This document shows positions 25,438-37,142 of a stretch of 64,000 nucleotides of DNA, one piece after another. Positions within the stretch are counted from its first letter, which is position 1. Each line of letters opens with the position of its first letter. Below the pieces are notes generated by a model. The model worked only from the letters and a program-made list of their open reading frames with translations. It did not search any database and was not told where the DNA came from. Source of the stretch: Candidatus Eiseniibacteriota bacterium (GTDB lineage Bacteria; Eisenbacteria; RBG-16-71-46); the NCBI GenBank assembly GCA_963776245.1, contig CAVZLN010000006.1, positions 736,001 through 800,000 of the forward strand, written 5' to 3'. A program made the position numbers and the translations under genes.

Positions 25438-25524
25438 TCACATCAGCCGCTCGCACAGACGCACCAGCGCCCGCGCGAGCACGACGCAGATCAGGACCAC
25501 CACGAGCCACCCCAGGTCTGACAT
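25438..25524 (-). CDS. Second small hydrophobic peptide upstream of kdpF (28 aa)
   Basis: GGAGG RBS; MSDLGWLVVVLICVVLARALVRLCERLM*; single TM; 7 bp before kdpF. Confidence 0.75.
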   Translation of the reverse strand: MSDLGWLVVVLICVVLARALVRLCERLM

Positions 25525-25573
25525 GGACGACCTCCGTTGCTCCGGGACCACGCCTATTGGAGCATGGAACACC

Positions 25574-25622
25574 GTCAGGCGCGGGTCAGGATGCGGGGCG
25601 CGCGCATCAAGGCGGCGTCAGG
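25574..25622 (-). promoter_or_regulatory. Probable KdpE operator (tandem direct repeats)
   Basis: Plus-strand GTCAGG (25574), GTCAGG (25585), ATCAAG (25606), GTCAGG (25617); 11/21/11-bp spacing just upstream of the kdp operon. Confidence 0.6.
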
Positions 25623-25664
25623 ACGCCCGGTGTGCCAGTCCCCGAGCGGTGCGCGAAGTGGGGC

Positions 25665-26810
25665 TCAGCCGGCTGGCCGCCGGCCCAGCACCAGAACGGT
25701 GAGGTCGTCGGCGAGTTCGGCGCCGCCACGGTGGACGCTGACCGCGTCGAGCAGGCGCTCGAGCAGACGGGCCGGGTCCGCGGCCGCGTGGTCGGCGAGC
25801 AGCGCCCGCAGGCGTTCCTCGCCGAACATCGCCGCGTCGGGGGCCATCGCCTCGATCAGGCCATCGGTGTAGAGGAGCAGCGTGTCCCCGGGCGCCAGCG
25901 ACGCGACCGCGGTCTCGCACGACGAAGCGCCGCCCGTCTCGCGCGGCACGACCCCTTCCAGCCCGAGCGGCAGGCCTCCGCCGTCGTCGAGTCTCTCGAC
26001 CTCGCCCGAGGCGCGCAGCACGAACGGTGGGCAGTGTCCCGCGCGGGCATAGGCGATCGATCCGGTGGAGGGACCGAGCGTGACCCAGCACGCGGTCGCG
26101 AAGTGTCCGTCGGGCAGATTGCCACTCAGCCGGCAGTCGAGCGCGGCGAGCACCGTCCGCGGATCGGCGGGCGCCAGCGGCTCGGTGTGGAGCAGCGCAC
26201 GCAGCATGGCCATCACCACCGCGGCCGGCGTGCCGTGGCCCGAGGCGTCGGCCACCACCACTCCGAGCGCACCGCCGGGAAGCGCGAAGAAGTCGTAGTA
26301 GTCCCCTCCCGCGCGCGTGCTGGTCGCGTAATGCACCGCGATGCCCCAGCCGGGGAACTGCGGTGGCCGCGCCGGCAGCAGCCCGCGCTGGAGCTCGCCC
26401 ACCGCGTGCAGCTCGCGATCGAGGCCATGCCAAGCCGCCTCGAGCTGCTCGCGCAGCGCGCGCTCGCGGACCAAACCACGCCGCAGCCAGTAGATCGCCG
26501 TCGCCACCACGGCATTCACGCCCGACTCGATCGCGGCGTTCCAGAGCATCAGCCACGACGGCCCCAGATGTCGCGAGGACGGCAGGGTGGCGGCCGCGAA
26601 CCAGCCGATGCCGGCCAACACCGCCATCGCCAGCCCGGGGCCGAGCCCACCGAACCACGCGGCGTAACCGACCGGGAAGAGGTAGAAGAGCGACAGCGAG
26701 AGCTCGCTGCCGGTGCGCACGTCGGCGGCGAACACCGCGACCACCAGCACCGCGGAGAACACGCGGTGCGCCCACTGGCGGGTCGCGCGGGTCGCTGGAA
26801 GGCCAGACAT
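25665..26810 (-). CDS. Membrane-anchored SpoIIE/RsbU-like PP2C phosphatase
   Basis: N-terminal TMs; GGDYYD, VADASGHG, ARAGH, LLLYTDGLIE, DDLTVLV. Confidence 0.9.
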   Translation of the reverse strand: MSGLPATRATRQWAHRVFSAVLVVAVFAADVRTGSELSLSLFYLFPVGYAAWFGGLGPGLAMAVLAGIGWFAAATLPSSRHLGPSWLMLWNAAIESGVNAVVATAIYWLRRGLVRERALREQLEAAWHGLDRELHAVGELQRGLLPARPPQFPGWGIAVHYATSTRAGGDYYDFFALPGGALGVVVADASGHGTPAAVVMAMLRALLHTEPLAPADPRTVLAALDCRLSGNLPDGHFATACWVTLGPSTGSIAYARAGHCPPFVLRASGEVERLDDGGGLPLGLEGVVPRETGGASSCETAVASLAPGDTLLLYTDGLIEAMAPDAAMFGEERLRALLADHAAADPARLLERLLDAVSVHRGGAELADDLTVLVLGRRPAG

Positions 26811-26919
26811 GGGTGTGGTCGTGCGCGGCTCGCGCCGGGTCGATCCCGGTTCGCGGCCCGCGGTCGGACTCGCCCAGACTAGCGCCGCGGCGTCCTCCGA
26901 ACGTCAGGAAAACCCCAAC

Positions 26920-27729
26920 TCATCCCGGGGCGCCGGCCGGCGGCGCATCCGCGGCGCGCTCTCCGCGCACGCCGTCCCGCTCGACATCGGTGGGCAACCC
27001 GCCGACGCCGCGGAGCGTGAGTCCCACGGCGCCCTCCGGCGCGCCCTCGACGATCCGCACGCCGATGCCCGCGACCTCGAGCGAGGTGCTCCCGTCGGCC
27101 CGTGCCAACGGGTGCGCGCCGAGCAGGTCCGCGTACGCCAGCGCGGTCCATGCCACGTCGGCCGTCTGCACCGTCACTTCCGCCACGGCGCCCGCGCGAT
27201 TGGCGTGCGCGCAGGCCGCGGGGTCGGGCGGTACGCGCCACTCGCGCGGGGTGAGGTCCTCGATCAGCATCGGCAGACCGTCGGCGGCCGGCAGCACCAG
27301 GGTCCACTCGAGTCGCACGCCATCCGGCCGCTCGCGCGTCATCGTGACCGGGCCGGTCATCACGAACCCGCGCCGCCGCGACTCCGCCGCGAAGCGCGCG
27401 AGCCCGGTGGCGCGCAGCGCCAGATCGCGCACTCCCGGCGGACCCACCAGGCGCGGCAGGAAGCGCCTCCCGATCGCCGGTCCGCGGCGCAGCTCGGCCG
27501 CCCAGCCGGGCCGCCGGCTGCGCATCCGGAGCGACTGGTCGGCCTCCTCGTCCCGCGGCGCGAGCAACTCGAGATAGCCGCCGTCCGCCAGCACCACCAG
27601 CGCGTTCGCGCTCGGCAGCGCGTCATGCCGGCCGCCGGGCCTGACCACGAACCCGGCCGCGGCGTAACGCTGCACGGCGTCGTCGAGCGAGGGGACCACC
27701 ACTACCGCGTGATCGAAGGCGACCTGCAT
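26920..27729 (-). CDS. VOC / glyoxalase-like family protein
   Basis: FDHAVVVV...GF.VRPGGRH...ANALV...GYLELL; RERPDG..LEW; PMLIED. Confidence 0.82.
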   Translation of the reverse strand: MQVAFDHAVVVVPSLDDAVQRYAAAGFVVRPGGRHDALPSANALVVLADGGYLELLAPRDEEADQSLRMRSRRPGWAAELRRGPAIGRRFLPRLVGPPGVRDLALRATGLARFAAESRRRGFVMTGPVTMTRERPDGVRLEWTLVLPAADGLPMLIEDLTPREWRVPPDPAACAHANRAGAVAEVTVQTADVAWTALAYADLLGAHPLARADGSTSLEVAGIGVRIVEGAPEGAVGLTLRGVGGLPTDVERDGVRGERAADAPPAGAPG

Positions 27730-27849
27730 GCGCGGCAGGATACGCGATGCCAGCGTTCGCGCGGCACCCGGGCCGGGGCGCGGCCGGCCCGCCCGTTTCG
27801 CATCCGGGCCGCGGGGCGGGTACTCTTCCGCGCTCGAGGAGGAACACCC

Positions 27850-29151
27850 ATGTCCCATCGCAAGAAGCTCGCGATCCTGGTGGGCGGCGGGCCCGCGCCC
27901 GGGATCAATGCCGTGATCGGTGCCGCCACCATCCGCGCCGCGCTCGATGGCGTCGAGGTGCTCGGGATCGAGGACGGGTTCGAGTGGATCATGCAGGGCA
28001 ACATCGACCATGTGCGGCCGCTCACCATCGAGGGCACCAGCCGCATCCACTTCCGTGGCGGCTCGCACATCGGCATCTCGCGCGCCAATCCCACCAAGAG
28101 CCCCGACCTGCTCGAGAACGCGATCATCTCGCTGCTGCGCCTCAATGTCTCCGACCTCATCACCATCGGCGGCGACGACACCGCGTTCTCGGCGATGAAG
28201 CTCGAGGAGAAGTCGGCTGGACGCATCCACGTGGTGCACGTGCCCAAGTCGATCGACAACGACCTCGACCTGCCTCCGCACGTCGACACGTTCGGCTACC
28301 AGACCGCCCGCCACATCGGCGTGGACCTGCTCAAGAACCTGATGGTCGACGCCAAGACCACGTCGCGCTGGTATTACGTCATCGCCATGGGCCGCAAGGC
28401 CGGCCATCTGGCGCTGGGCATGGGCAAGGCCGCGGGGGCGACCCTCACCCTCATCCCCGAGGAGTTCCAGTCACGGCCGTTGCGGTTGAAGACCGTGGTG
28501 GACACGCTGGTCGGCGCCCACCTCAAGCGCCTGTCCGACGGGCGCCGGGATGGCGTCGCGGTGATCGCCGAGGGTGTGGTGCTGGCGATCGACCCGCAGG
28601 ACTTCGCGGGCATGGACAACGTCGAGCGCGACGCGCACGGGCACATCCGGATCGCCGAAGTGGACTTCGGCGAGATCCTCAAGAAGGCGGTGCAGAAGCG
28701 GCTCAAGGAGTTCAGCATCAGCAGCACGATCGTGGCCAAGAACGTCGGCTACGAGCTGCGGTGCGCGGATCCCATCCCGTTCGACATGGAGTACGCCCGC
28801 GATCTCGGCTACTGCGCGTCGAAGTACCTGATCAGCGGCGCCAACGCGGCCGTCGTCACCATGCAGGGTGGGGAGTTCGTGCCCTTGCCGTTCGGGACCA
28901 TGCTCGACCCCGAGACCGGCCGGGCGCGCATCCGCATGGTGGACCTGAGGTCGGCGCGCTACGCGATCGCGCGGCGCTACATGATCCGCATCCGCCGCGA
29001 CGACTTCGACGATCCGCACGCACTGGCGAAGTTCGCGGCCACCGCGCACATGCCGCTCGAGCGGTTCAAGGAGGAGTTCGGCGCGCTCATCGACGAGGAG
29101 CCGCCGTCGCTGGTGCTCGAAGGCCTCAAGGCGGACCCCGGGTCACGATAG
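27850..29151 (+). CDS. pfp: Pyrophosphate-dependent phosphofructokinase
   Basis: GGAGG RBS; GGGPAPG, GGDDT (Asp diagnostic of PPi use), PKSIDND, MGRKAG, GYELRC. Confidence 0.9.
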   Translation: MSHRKKLAILVGGGPAPGINAVIGAATIRAALDGVEVLGIEDGFEWIMQGNIDHVRPLTIEGTSRIHFRGGSHIGISRANPTKSPDLLENAIISLLRLNVSDLITIGGDDTAFSAMKLEEKSAGRIHVVHVPKSIDNDLDLPPHVDTFGYQTARHIGVDLLKNLMVDAKTTSRWYYVIAMGRKAGHLALGMGKAAGATLTLIPEEFQSRPLRLKTVVDTLVGAHLKRLSDGRRDGVAVIAEGVVLAIDPQDFAGMDNVERDAHGHIRIAEVDFGEILKKAVQKRLKEFSISSTIVAKNVGYELRCADPIPFDMEYARDLGYCASKYLISGANAAVVTMQGGEFVPLPFGTMLDPETGRARIRMVDLRSARYAIARRYMIRIRRDDFDDPHALAKFAATAHMPLERFKEEFGALIDEEPPSLVLEGLKADPGSR

Positions 29152-29244
29152 CGCAGCGCGGCGTCAGTCCGGCGCCGGCGCTGTCGCCGCGCGCGCATAT
29201 GCCCGGTGGGCGGCGCGCAGCGCCACCCGTTCACGGCACCGGGA

Positions 29245-29616
29245 TCAGTTCGTCGTGCGCGCCGCGGACTTGCGCCGAGGCGCCGATGGTTGGGCCGGCC
29301 GGCGGTCGACGAATTCCGTCGCGCGGCCGATCCACTTCCGCAGCGCCGGAAGGGAGGCCACTCCCGCGGCATCCACGAACAGGAAGCCCTTCATCGGCCG
29401 GCCGGTGAAGTCCATCGGGCGGACATGGGGCTCGCGCAACCATCGGGCCGCGAGCGCCGGATCGACACGGACCATGAGGCTGCTCCGCGTCACCCCGCAG
29501 CACATGTGCCCGCGGACCATGAAGGCGATGCCGCCGAACATGAGCTTCTCGGCGACATCCTTGCGGGTCTGGAGCACGAGGCGGATGCGCCCCGCCAGCT
29601 TCTCGTCGAATGCCAT
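29245..29616 (-). CDS. TfoX/Sxy N-terminal domain protein
   Basis: MAFDEKLAGRIR...EKLMFGGIAFMVRGHMCCG...MDFTGRPMKGFLFV. Confidence 0.85.
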   Translation of the reverse strand: MAFDEKLAGRIRLVLQTRKDVAEKLMFGGIAFMVRGHMCCGVTRSSLMVRVDPALAARWLREPHVRPMDFTGRPMKGFLFVDAAGVASLPALRKWIGRATEFVDRRPAQPSAPRRKSAARTTN

Positions 29617-29685
29617 CGTTCACCTTCCGGTCCGAGGTCGATTCCCGATGCGGCCCGCCCGCGTGGGGGTCGCCCCACGCGCCGA

Positions 29686-30501
29686 CTATCCAGCGTGGGT
29701 GCAGAACACGTCGAAATGACGCCACTTCATCACATCGCCGCTCGCGACGACCGGGCCGCGGTAGTCGGATTCGCTCTCGATCTTCCGGACCGTGTACCCC
29801 AGCCCGGTGAGGAACCGGAGCAGCGCCACGCGCTGCGCTTCGGTCAGGTGCCGGAACACCTCGGCCCGGATGCACGGCCGCCGTTCCTCGATCAGGCTCG
29901 CCAGGGACGTCAGGACCGCGAGGTCGTAGCCCTCGGTGTCCACCTTGATGTACTTCAGCCGCGGCAGCAGTTCGGGAAGATGACTCCGCAGGTAGGCGTG
30001 CAGGTTCCTGCCCTGGACCGCGAGCTTGAACGCATGCGCGTGGCGCCACCGGCTGATCCCCTCGTGACGGCCGCCATTGCAGAACCCGGGATCCGAATAC
30101 TCGAACTCGAATTCCCCGTCCTGCGGCGTGGCGGCGAACATCAGCGGCAGGATCCGCGTCCGGCCCCGGTTCAGCGCGGCGTTCCGCTCCAGCACCGGGA
30201 ACACGTACCGGTTGGGCTCCAGCGCCACCACGCAACCCGCGGCACCGGTGACCAACGCCATCGGGATGCTGGTATCACCGGTGTGGGCGCCGATGTCGAT
30301 CGCGACGTCCCCCGGGGCGAGGAATGTGCGCAGGGCGTCGATGGAATCCTGCGTGATCGCCTTGGGCGTCTCCCGCGGGTGCGTCCACTGTGCGTACTCG
30401 ACGCGCCCCTCCCGCGGCAGGTCGAAGCTTCGCAGCTCGATCCCGTAGGTCCTGGGGCCCGGCCGGAGGCCCAGCGCGTACAGCAATTCCCGTGGATTCA
30501 C
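29686..30501 (-). CDS. FkbM family methyltransferase
   Basis: IDIGAHTG, VVALEPN, YIKVDTEGYD. Confidence 0.88.
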   Translation of the reverse strand: MNPRELLYALGLRPGPRTYGIELRSFDLPREGRVEYAQWTHPRETPKAITQDSIDALRTFLAPGDVAIDIGAHTGDTSIPMALVTGAAGCVVALEPNRYVFPVLERNAALNRGRTRILPLMFAATPQDGEFEFEYSDPGFCNGGRHEGISRWRHAHAFKLAVQGRNLHAYLRSHLPELLPRLKYIKVDTEGYDLAVLTSLASLIEERRPCIRAEVFRHLTEAQRVALLRFLTGLGYTVRKIESESDYRGPVVASGDVMKWRHFDVFCTHAG

Positions 30502-30523
30502 CGCGGGAGACCGAATCGCATGG

Positions 30524-31054
30524 TCAGCGTCCGGCGGGCGCGAGGAAGCACGCCCTCACGACCGAGAGGAGCGTGCCGCACAGGCCCAGGATGCAGAGGC
30601 CCGCGCCGGGAACCGCGAGAAACGAGAGCGACTCCTTGGCGACGTCGGTGCTTCCGCATCCGGGAGCCGAGAATCCCGCGACGAACCAGAACAGCGGGTA
30701 GATGAGGGCCCCGCAACCGAATGCCAGTGCGCTCATCTTCGCGAGCGGCCCCGGACGGCACAGCAGCACGAGGGTCAGGATCGAGGAGAGGGCCGCCGTT
30801 CCGATCGCGCCCGCATGCAGGTGCGCCCGCTGCAAGAGCCCCCACGACCGCCTGACGACGGCGTCCTTGGCCGCCACGTCTCCCTTGTACACCGATTGAA
30901 GGACGGCGGTCCCGGAGTCGTCGAGGTGCTTCTTGATCGGATCCTCCAGGGCGCCAAAGGCCCCGCCGAGTGCAAAGCCACACAGGATCGCCAGCAGCGC
31001 AAGACAGGCGGCCACGGCGATGGACGTTGGAACCGTACGCGGCGGAGTCTCCAT
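30524..31054 (-). CDS. Hypothetical multi-TM membrane protein
   Basis: GGAGAGG RBS; about four hydrophobic helices; RAHLHAG motif. Confidence 0.7.
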   Translation of the reverse strand: METPPRTVPTSIAVAACLALLAILCGFALGGAFGALEDPIKKHLDDSGTAVLQSVYKGDVAAKDAVVRRSWGLLQRAHLHAGAIGTAALSSILTLVLLCRPGPLAKMSALAFGCGALIYPLFWFVAGFSAPGCGSTDVAKESLSFLAVPGAGLCILGLCGTLLSVVRACFLAPAGR

Positions 31055-31164
31055 GTGCGCAGTCCTCTCCCCATGGTGTGCAGTGCGCGGTCGGCCCGAA
31101 GTGATTCGACCCGTCCACGACTCCCCGATGGACGACGACACCGGCGGACGGTCGTACCGCGGCC

Positions 31165-31386
31165 CTAGTCCTCCTCCGGCATGATCACCCAGAGGAGGAT
31201 GTACACGAGGATGCCGGGAAACGCGGCCGAGACGATCGAGATGACGACGTAGAGGACCCGCGCGAGAGTGGGGTCGAGACCGAAGTAGTGGGCGAGTCCG
31301 GCGACGACGCCGGCGATCTTGCGGTCCGACCGCGACCGCCGCAGTGGAGCCTTCTGACCCGGCACGGGATCCTCCTCCCCGATCAT
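31165..31386 (-). CDS. PspC domain protein
   Basis: LRRSRSDRKIAGVVAGLAHYFGLDPTLARV...YILLWVIMPEE. Confidence 0.92.
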   Translation of the reverse strand: MIGEEDPVPGQKAPLRRSRSDRKIAGVVAGLAHYFGLDPTLARVLYVVISIVSAAFPGILVYILLWVIMPEED

Positions 31387-31637
31387 CCTGACACTGGACC
31401 GGCGCGCAGTCGGTTCTCGATCGCCTTCCGCACCTCTTGCGCGGAGGGTAGCACGCCGAGGAAGGCCAGCGGACCGCCGCTGAGGATCACGTCACCATCC
31501 ATGAGGACGGTGAACTCCCCGTAGTGGCCCTCCACCATCTTCACATCGAGATGCAGGTCGCGTCTCACCGACGCCGCCACCCGGGCGGCATAGAGGGCGG
31601 TGATTCAGTAGCCGCAGCGGCGAATGGTGACTGGCAT
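31383..31637 (-). CDS. Rdx (SelW/SelT/SelH-like) selenoprotein, 84 aa, CxxU motif
   Basis: GGGGGAG RBS; MPVTIRRCGY-TGA(31607-31605)-ITALYAARVAASV continues in frame into the 31383-31580 ORF (GHYGEFTVLMDG...LPSAQEV); SECIS-like hairpin follows the TGA. Confidence 0.82.
31565..31603 (-). promoter_or_regulatory. Bacterial SECIS-like hairpin
   Basis: UGA-A-UCACCG-CCCUCUA-UGCCGCC-[CGGGU]-GGCGGCG-U-CGGUGA; apical loop starts 21 nt after UGA with G at loop position 2. Confidence 0.7.
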
Positions 31638-31829
31638 CGGGATCTCCCCCTGCGTGTCCGACGTCACTGACCCTCGGTCTGCTCCGGCGGGGCTGCGGGC
31701 ATCGACCTCGAGTGGAACGCGCCTGCTCCCCCGTGAGCCCGGACTCAGCCGGGCGGCGGTCTGAGTGATCTGCGGGGTGTCGATCATCAGGAGCGTCCTC
31801 CGGTCTGAAGAAGTCGGGACCACCGGCCC

Positions 31830-34554
<2,725 letters not shown>

Positions 34555-34573
34555 GACGCGTCCTTTCCAGTGA

Positions 34574-34641
34574 CGAGGGCGCACAGGGCCCTCGGGAGAA
34601 CGGGGGGACACACAGGGTCCCCGGAACGAGGCCTGACTGTA
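34574..34641 (-). promoter_or_regulatory. acnA leader: -10-like TACAGT followed by twin stem-loops
   Basis: GGGGAC-CCTGTGT-GTCCCC and CGAGGGC-CCTGTGC-GCCCTCG on the minus strand, just before the AAAGGA RBS. Confidence 0.55.
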
Positions 34642-34724
34642 CACCCGCCGCCGGATGCCGTCGACGGGGAAACGGCGGCGCCCCGTGCTGGCGCCGCCGC
34701 CGGTCTCGCCCGATGCCGCCCCGC

Positions 34725-35606
34725 CTACGGGCAGGCCCCGGCGGGCAGCTCCTCGAGGGCGAACCGCACGCCGTCGTCGCGCGCGCGCGCCGTGAGCGCG
34801 CCCGCGTCGCGATCGAACAGCGCGCGCTGCTGGCGCGCGCCCTCGCCGCTCTCGACCTCGATCGCGGGGTCCAGCCGCGGCGTGAGCGCGATGGCGTAGT
34901 CGTGCCCGCCGCCATGCACCCGCACCACCAGCAGGTCGCCGTCCTGGAGCATCGCGTCCGCCAGCCGGCCCGACGGCGCGTGGCCGCGGATCGCGCACAC
35001 GCGCACGCGCGTGCCGCCCGCGACCGACTCGGCCCGCAGCGTGTAGCCGTCGCCATCGGCGGCGGTGAACGAGGCCGCGAACCGGCCGGGGCCGATCGAG
35101 CTGGACTCCTCGATCACCGGGATGCGGTCCTGGCCCAGTCCGGTGTGCCGTGAGAGTGCCCCGAGCATGCCGGTCGGAGTGACGGCACCCGGCACTCCGC
35201 GCTCGACCCAGGAATCGACGCCCGGCGCGAACGGCTCCAGCCCATTGCCCACCGGCAGCCGCAGCGCGAACAGTGTCAGCCGCGTGTCCTCCGCCGGCGC
35301 GTCGGGCAGCCTCGCCCCCGGTGACCGTCCTCCCGCGCCGCCGGCGCGCGCGACCGGCTGGGCTCCCCGGCGCGGGCGCATGACCGGGTCGTCGGCCGCG
35401 CCCTCGCTTCCCCCGCCGGTGCACGTCCCGAGCGCGATGCAGTAGGGCACGTCGAACACCTTCCCGCTCGAGCAGATCCCGTACGCGCCACCCAGCTGAC
35501 ATCCCCCCACCGCGCCGCACGAGACGCATGTGACCCCGGCCGCGGCACTCACCACCACTCCCACGGGGACCAGCGCCAGCATCCCGATGACGAGCATCCG
35601 TCGCAT
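34725..35606 (-). CDS. Secreted hypothetical protein with Cys-rich N-terminal module
   Basis: Signal-like [27 protein letters not shown]-x5-C-x8-C-x10-C-x5-C; GC3-rich frame. Confidence 0.65.
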   Translation of the reverse strand: MRRMLVIGMLALVPVGVVVSAAAGVTCVSCGAVGGCQLGGAYGICSSGKVFDVPYCIALGTCTGGGSEGAADDPVMRPRRGAQPVARAGGAGGRSPGARLPDAPAEDTRLTLFALRLPVGNGLEPFAPGVDSWVERGVPGAVTPTGMLGALSRHTGLGQDRIPVIEESSSIGPGRFAASFTAADGDGYTLRAESVAGGTRVRVCAIRGHAPSGRLADAMLQDGDLLVVRVHGGGHDYAIALTPRLDPAIEVESGEGARQQRALFDRDAGALTARARDDGVRFALEELPAGACP

Positions 35607-35787
35607 CGCGTCCACCCCGCACCTCCCCACCGGGGACTCTCGTTCGGGAGCCAGCAGCGGGCGAGCCCGCCCGCGCGGCGCACATCGCAAGCACGATGCC
35701 GAAGCTCGCGGGGGCGACTGGGGCGCGATCACGGGCCCGCGTGGCGGGCGCGCGTGTGAACGGCGTGGGCGCAGGCGGGAACCGGCG

Positions 35788-36540
35788 CTACTCCCCCGGC
35801 ACCGGTGGGATGTCGAGATCGTCGTCCGCCCGCGGACGGCGCCGGCGCGTGAGGATGAGCGAGCCCACCACCAGGATGGTGGCGAACAGGAACCACTGCA
35901 CCGCGTACGACAGGTGGCGCATCTCGTCGTACGGGAGCGGCGCTTCGCGCGCCGGGATGGCGGGCACGCCCGCGCCCGGCAACTGGCGGAGCACGTAGGG
36001 CGCGAGCGCGTAGGGGAAGCGCGCGGCGAGGGAATCGAGATCGAGACGCCGCGCCGACCACAGGGTGACGGTATCCGCCTCCAACGACACCGGCGAGCGG
36101 TCGCCCACGCCGCGCGCGAGCGCCTGCGCGAGGCCGAGGACGGTGCGCTCGCCGGGCTCGGGGTGTTCCTGCGGCCGCGCGGTGGCGGCGTCGCCAGCGT
36201 AGAGCCAGCCGCGGTCCACCAGCACCGCGGTGGCGGAGTCCGCGAGCACCAGGGGCGTGACCACGTGCACGCCGGGCGAACCTCCGCGCACCCGGCCGGC
36301 GAGCACCACCTGACGAGTCTCATCGTAGCGGCCGCGGGCCGTGACGCGCCGGTCGCGCACGGCGTCGAGGGGCAGGAAGGTGTCGCCGAGCGGGACCGCG
36401 GGGGCGCGGAGCGCCGCGTGCAGGGAGGCGTTGAGCCCGCGCTTCTCCGCCAGCCGCCGCAGTTGCCACAGCCCCAGCGAGACGCACACCGAGGCCACGA
36501 CGATCACGAGCAGCGCGGCCAGCACGGCACGGGGCTTCAT
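35788..36540 (-). CDS. SURF1 family protein
   Basis: LGLWQLRR, GVHVVTPL, VLVDRGW, HLSYAVQWF. Confidence 0.92.
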   Translation of the reverse strand: MKPRAVLAALLVIVVASVCVSLGLWQLRRLAEKRGLNASLHAALRAPAVPLGDTFLPLDAVRDRRVTARGRYDETRQVVLAGRVRGGSPGVHVVTPLVLADSATAVLVDRGWLYAGDAATARPQEHPEPGERTVLGLAQALARGVGDRSPVSLEADTVTLWSARRLDLDSLAARFPYALAPYVLRQLPGAGVPAIPAREAPLPYDEMRHLSYAVQWFLFATILVVGSLILTRRRRPRADDDLDIPPVPGE

Positions 36541-36612
36541 CGGGCGCGGGACTCGGGGTGTGGGGCTCGGGTGCGCGACGCCGCGCCCCCGCAGCGGGGC
36601 CGCGGCGCGCCG

Positions 36613-36852
36613 TCAGGCGCCCGGCTTGGGCGCCGCCGGAGGAAGGTCGAAGGCGACCAGCGTGGACTGGAAGCCGCACGTCTTGTGCGTGCCATCGCAG
36701 AACGGTTTGTTGTTCGAAGATCCGCAGCGGCACAGCGAGACGCGCTCGCGACCGGAGAGACCGAACGGCTGGCCCTGCGCGTCGACGACCTCGAAGTCCC
36801 CCTCGACGCGCAGCGAACCATTGTTCTGGACGGTGATCCGTGCCCTGGCCAT
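36613..36852 (-). CDS. CDGSH iron-sulfur domain protein
   Basis: GAGGAG RBS; LCRCGSSNNKPFCDGTH. Confidence 0.93.
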   Translation of the reverse strand: MARARITVQNNGSLRVEGDFEVVDAQGQPFGLSGRERVSLCRCGSSNNKPFCDGTHKTCGFQSTLVAFDLPPAAPKPGA

Positions 36853-37142
36853 GGTCTGGCTCCTCAGAACGATGTGATGGACGCGACCGCGGCGGACTCT
36901 AGCAGAATCCCCGGCGGGCGCGAGAACCGCATGCGCTCCTTGGGCTTGGGGAGCGGCGAGCAGCGAGCGACTCGGCCCTGGGCCGAGCGGCACCGCGGGC
37001 TGTCCATCGCCCCCCCGGGCGGTCGCGCGAGCGCGCCACGCAACCCCGCGCTCCACCGCGGCGTAACATGCGCACGGAACATCGGGCGGGAGGCGTCCGC
37101 GCCGGACGCCGCGCCCCGGACAGGATGGAAAGGAGCGATGCC

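Noticed and set aside
26713..27849. Long N-terminal extension on phosphofructokinase
   Set aside because: It is antisense to the VOC gene; the real start is ATG 27850 with a GGAGG RBS
34725..36323. 532-aa ORF from the ORF track
   Set aside because: The N-terminal part overlaps SURF1 out of frame; the credible gene starts at the signal peptide at 35606
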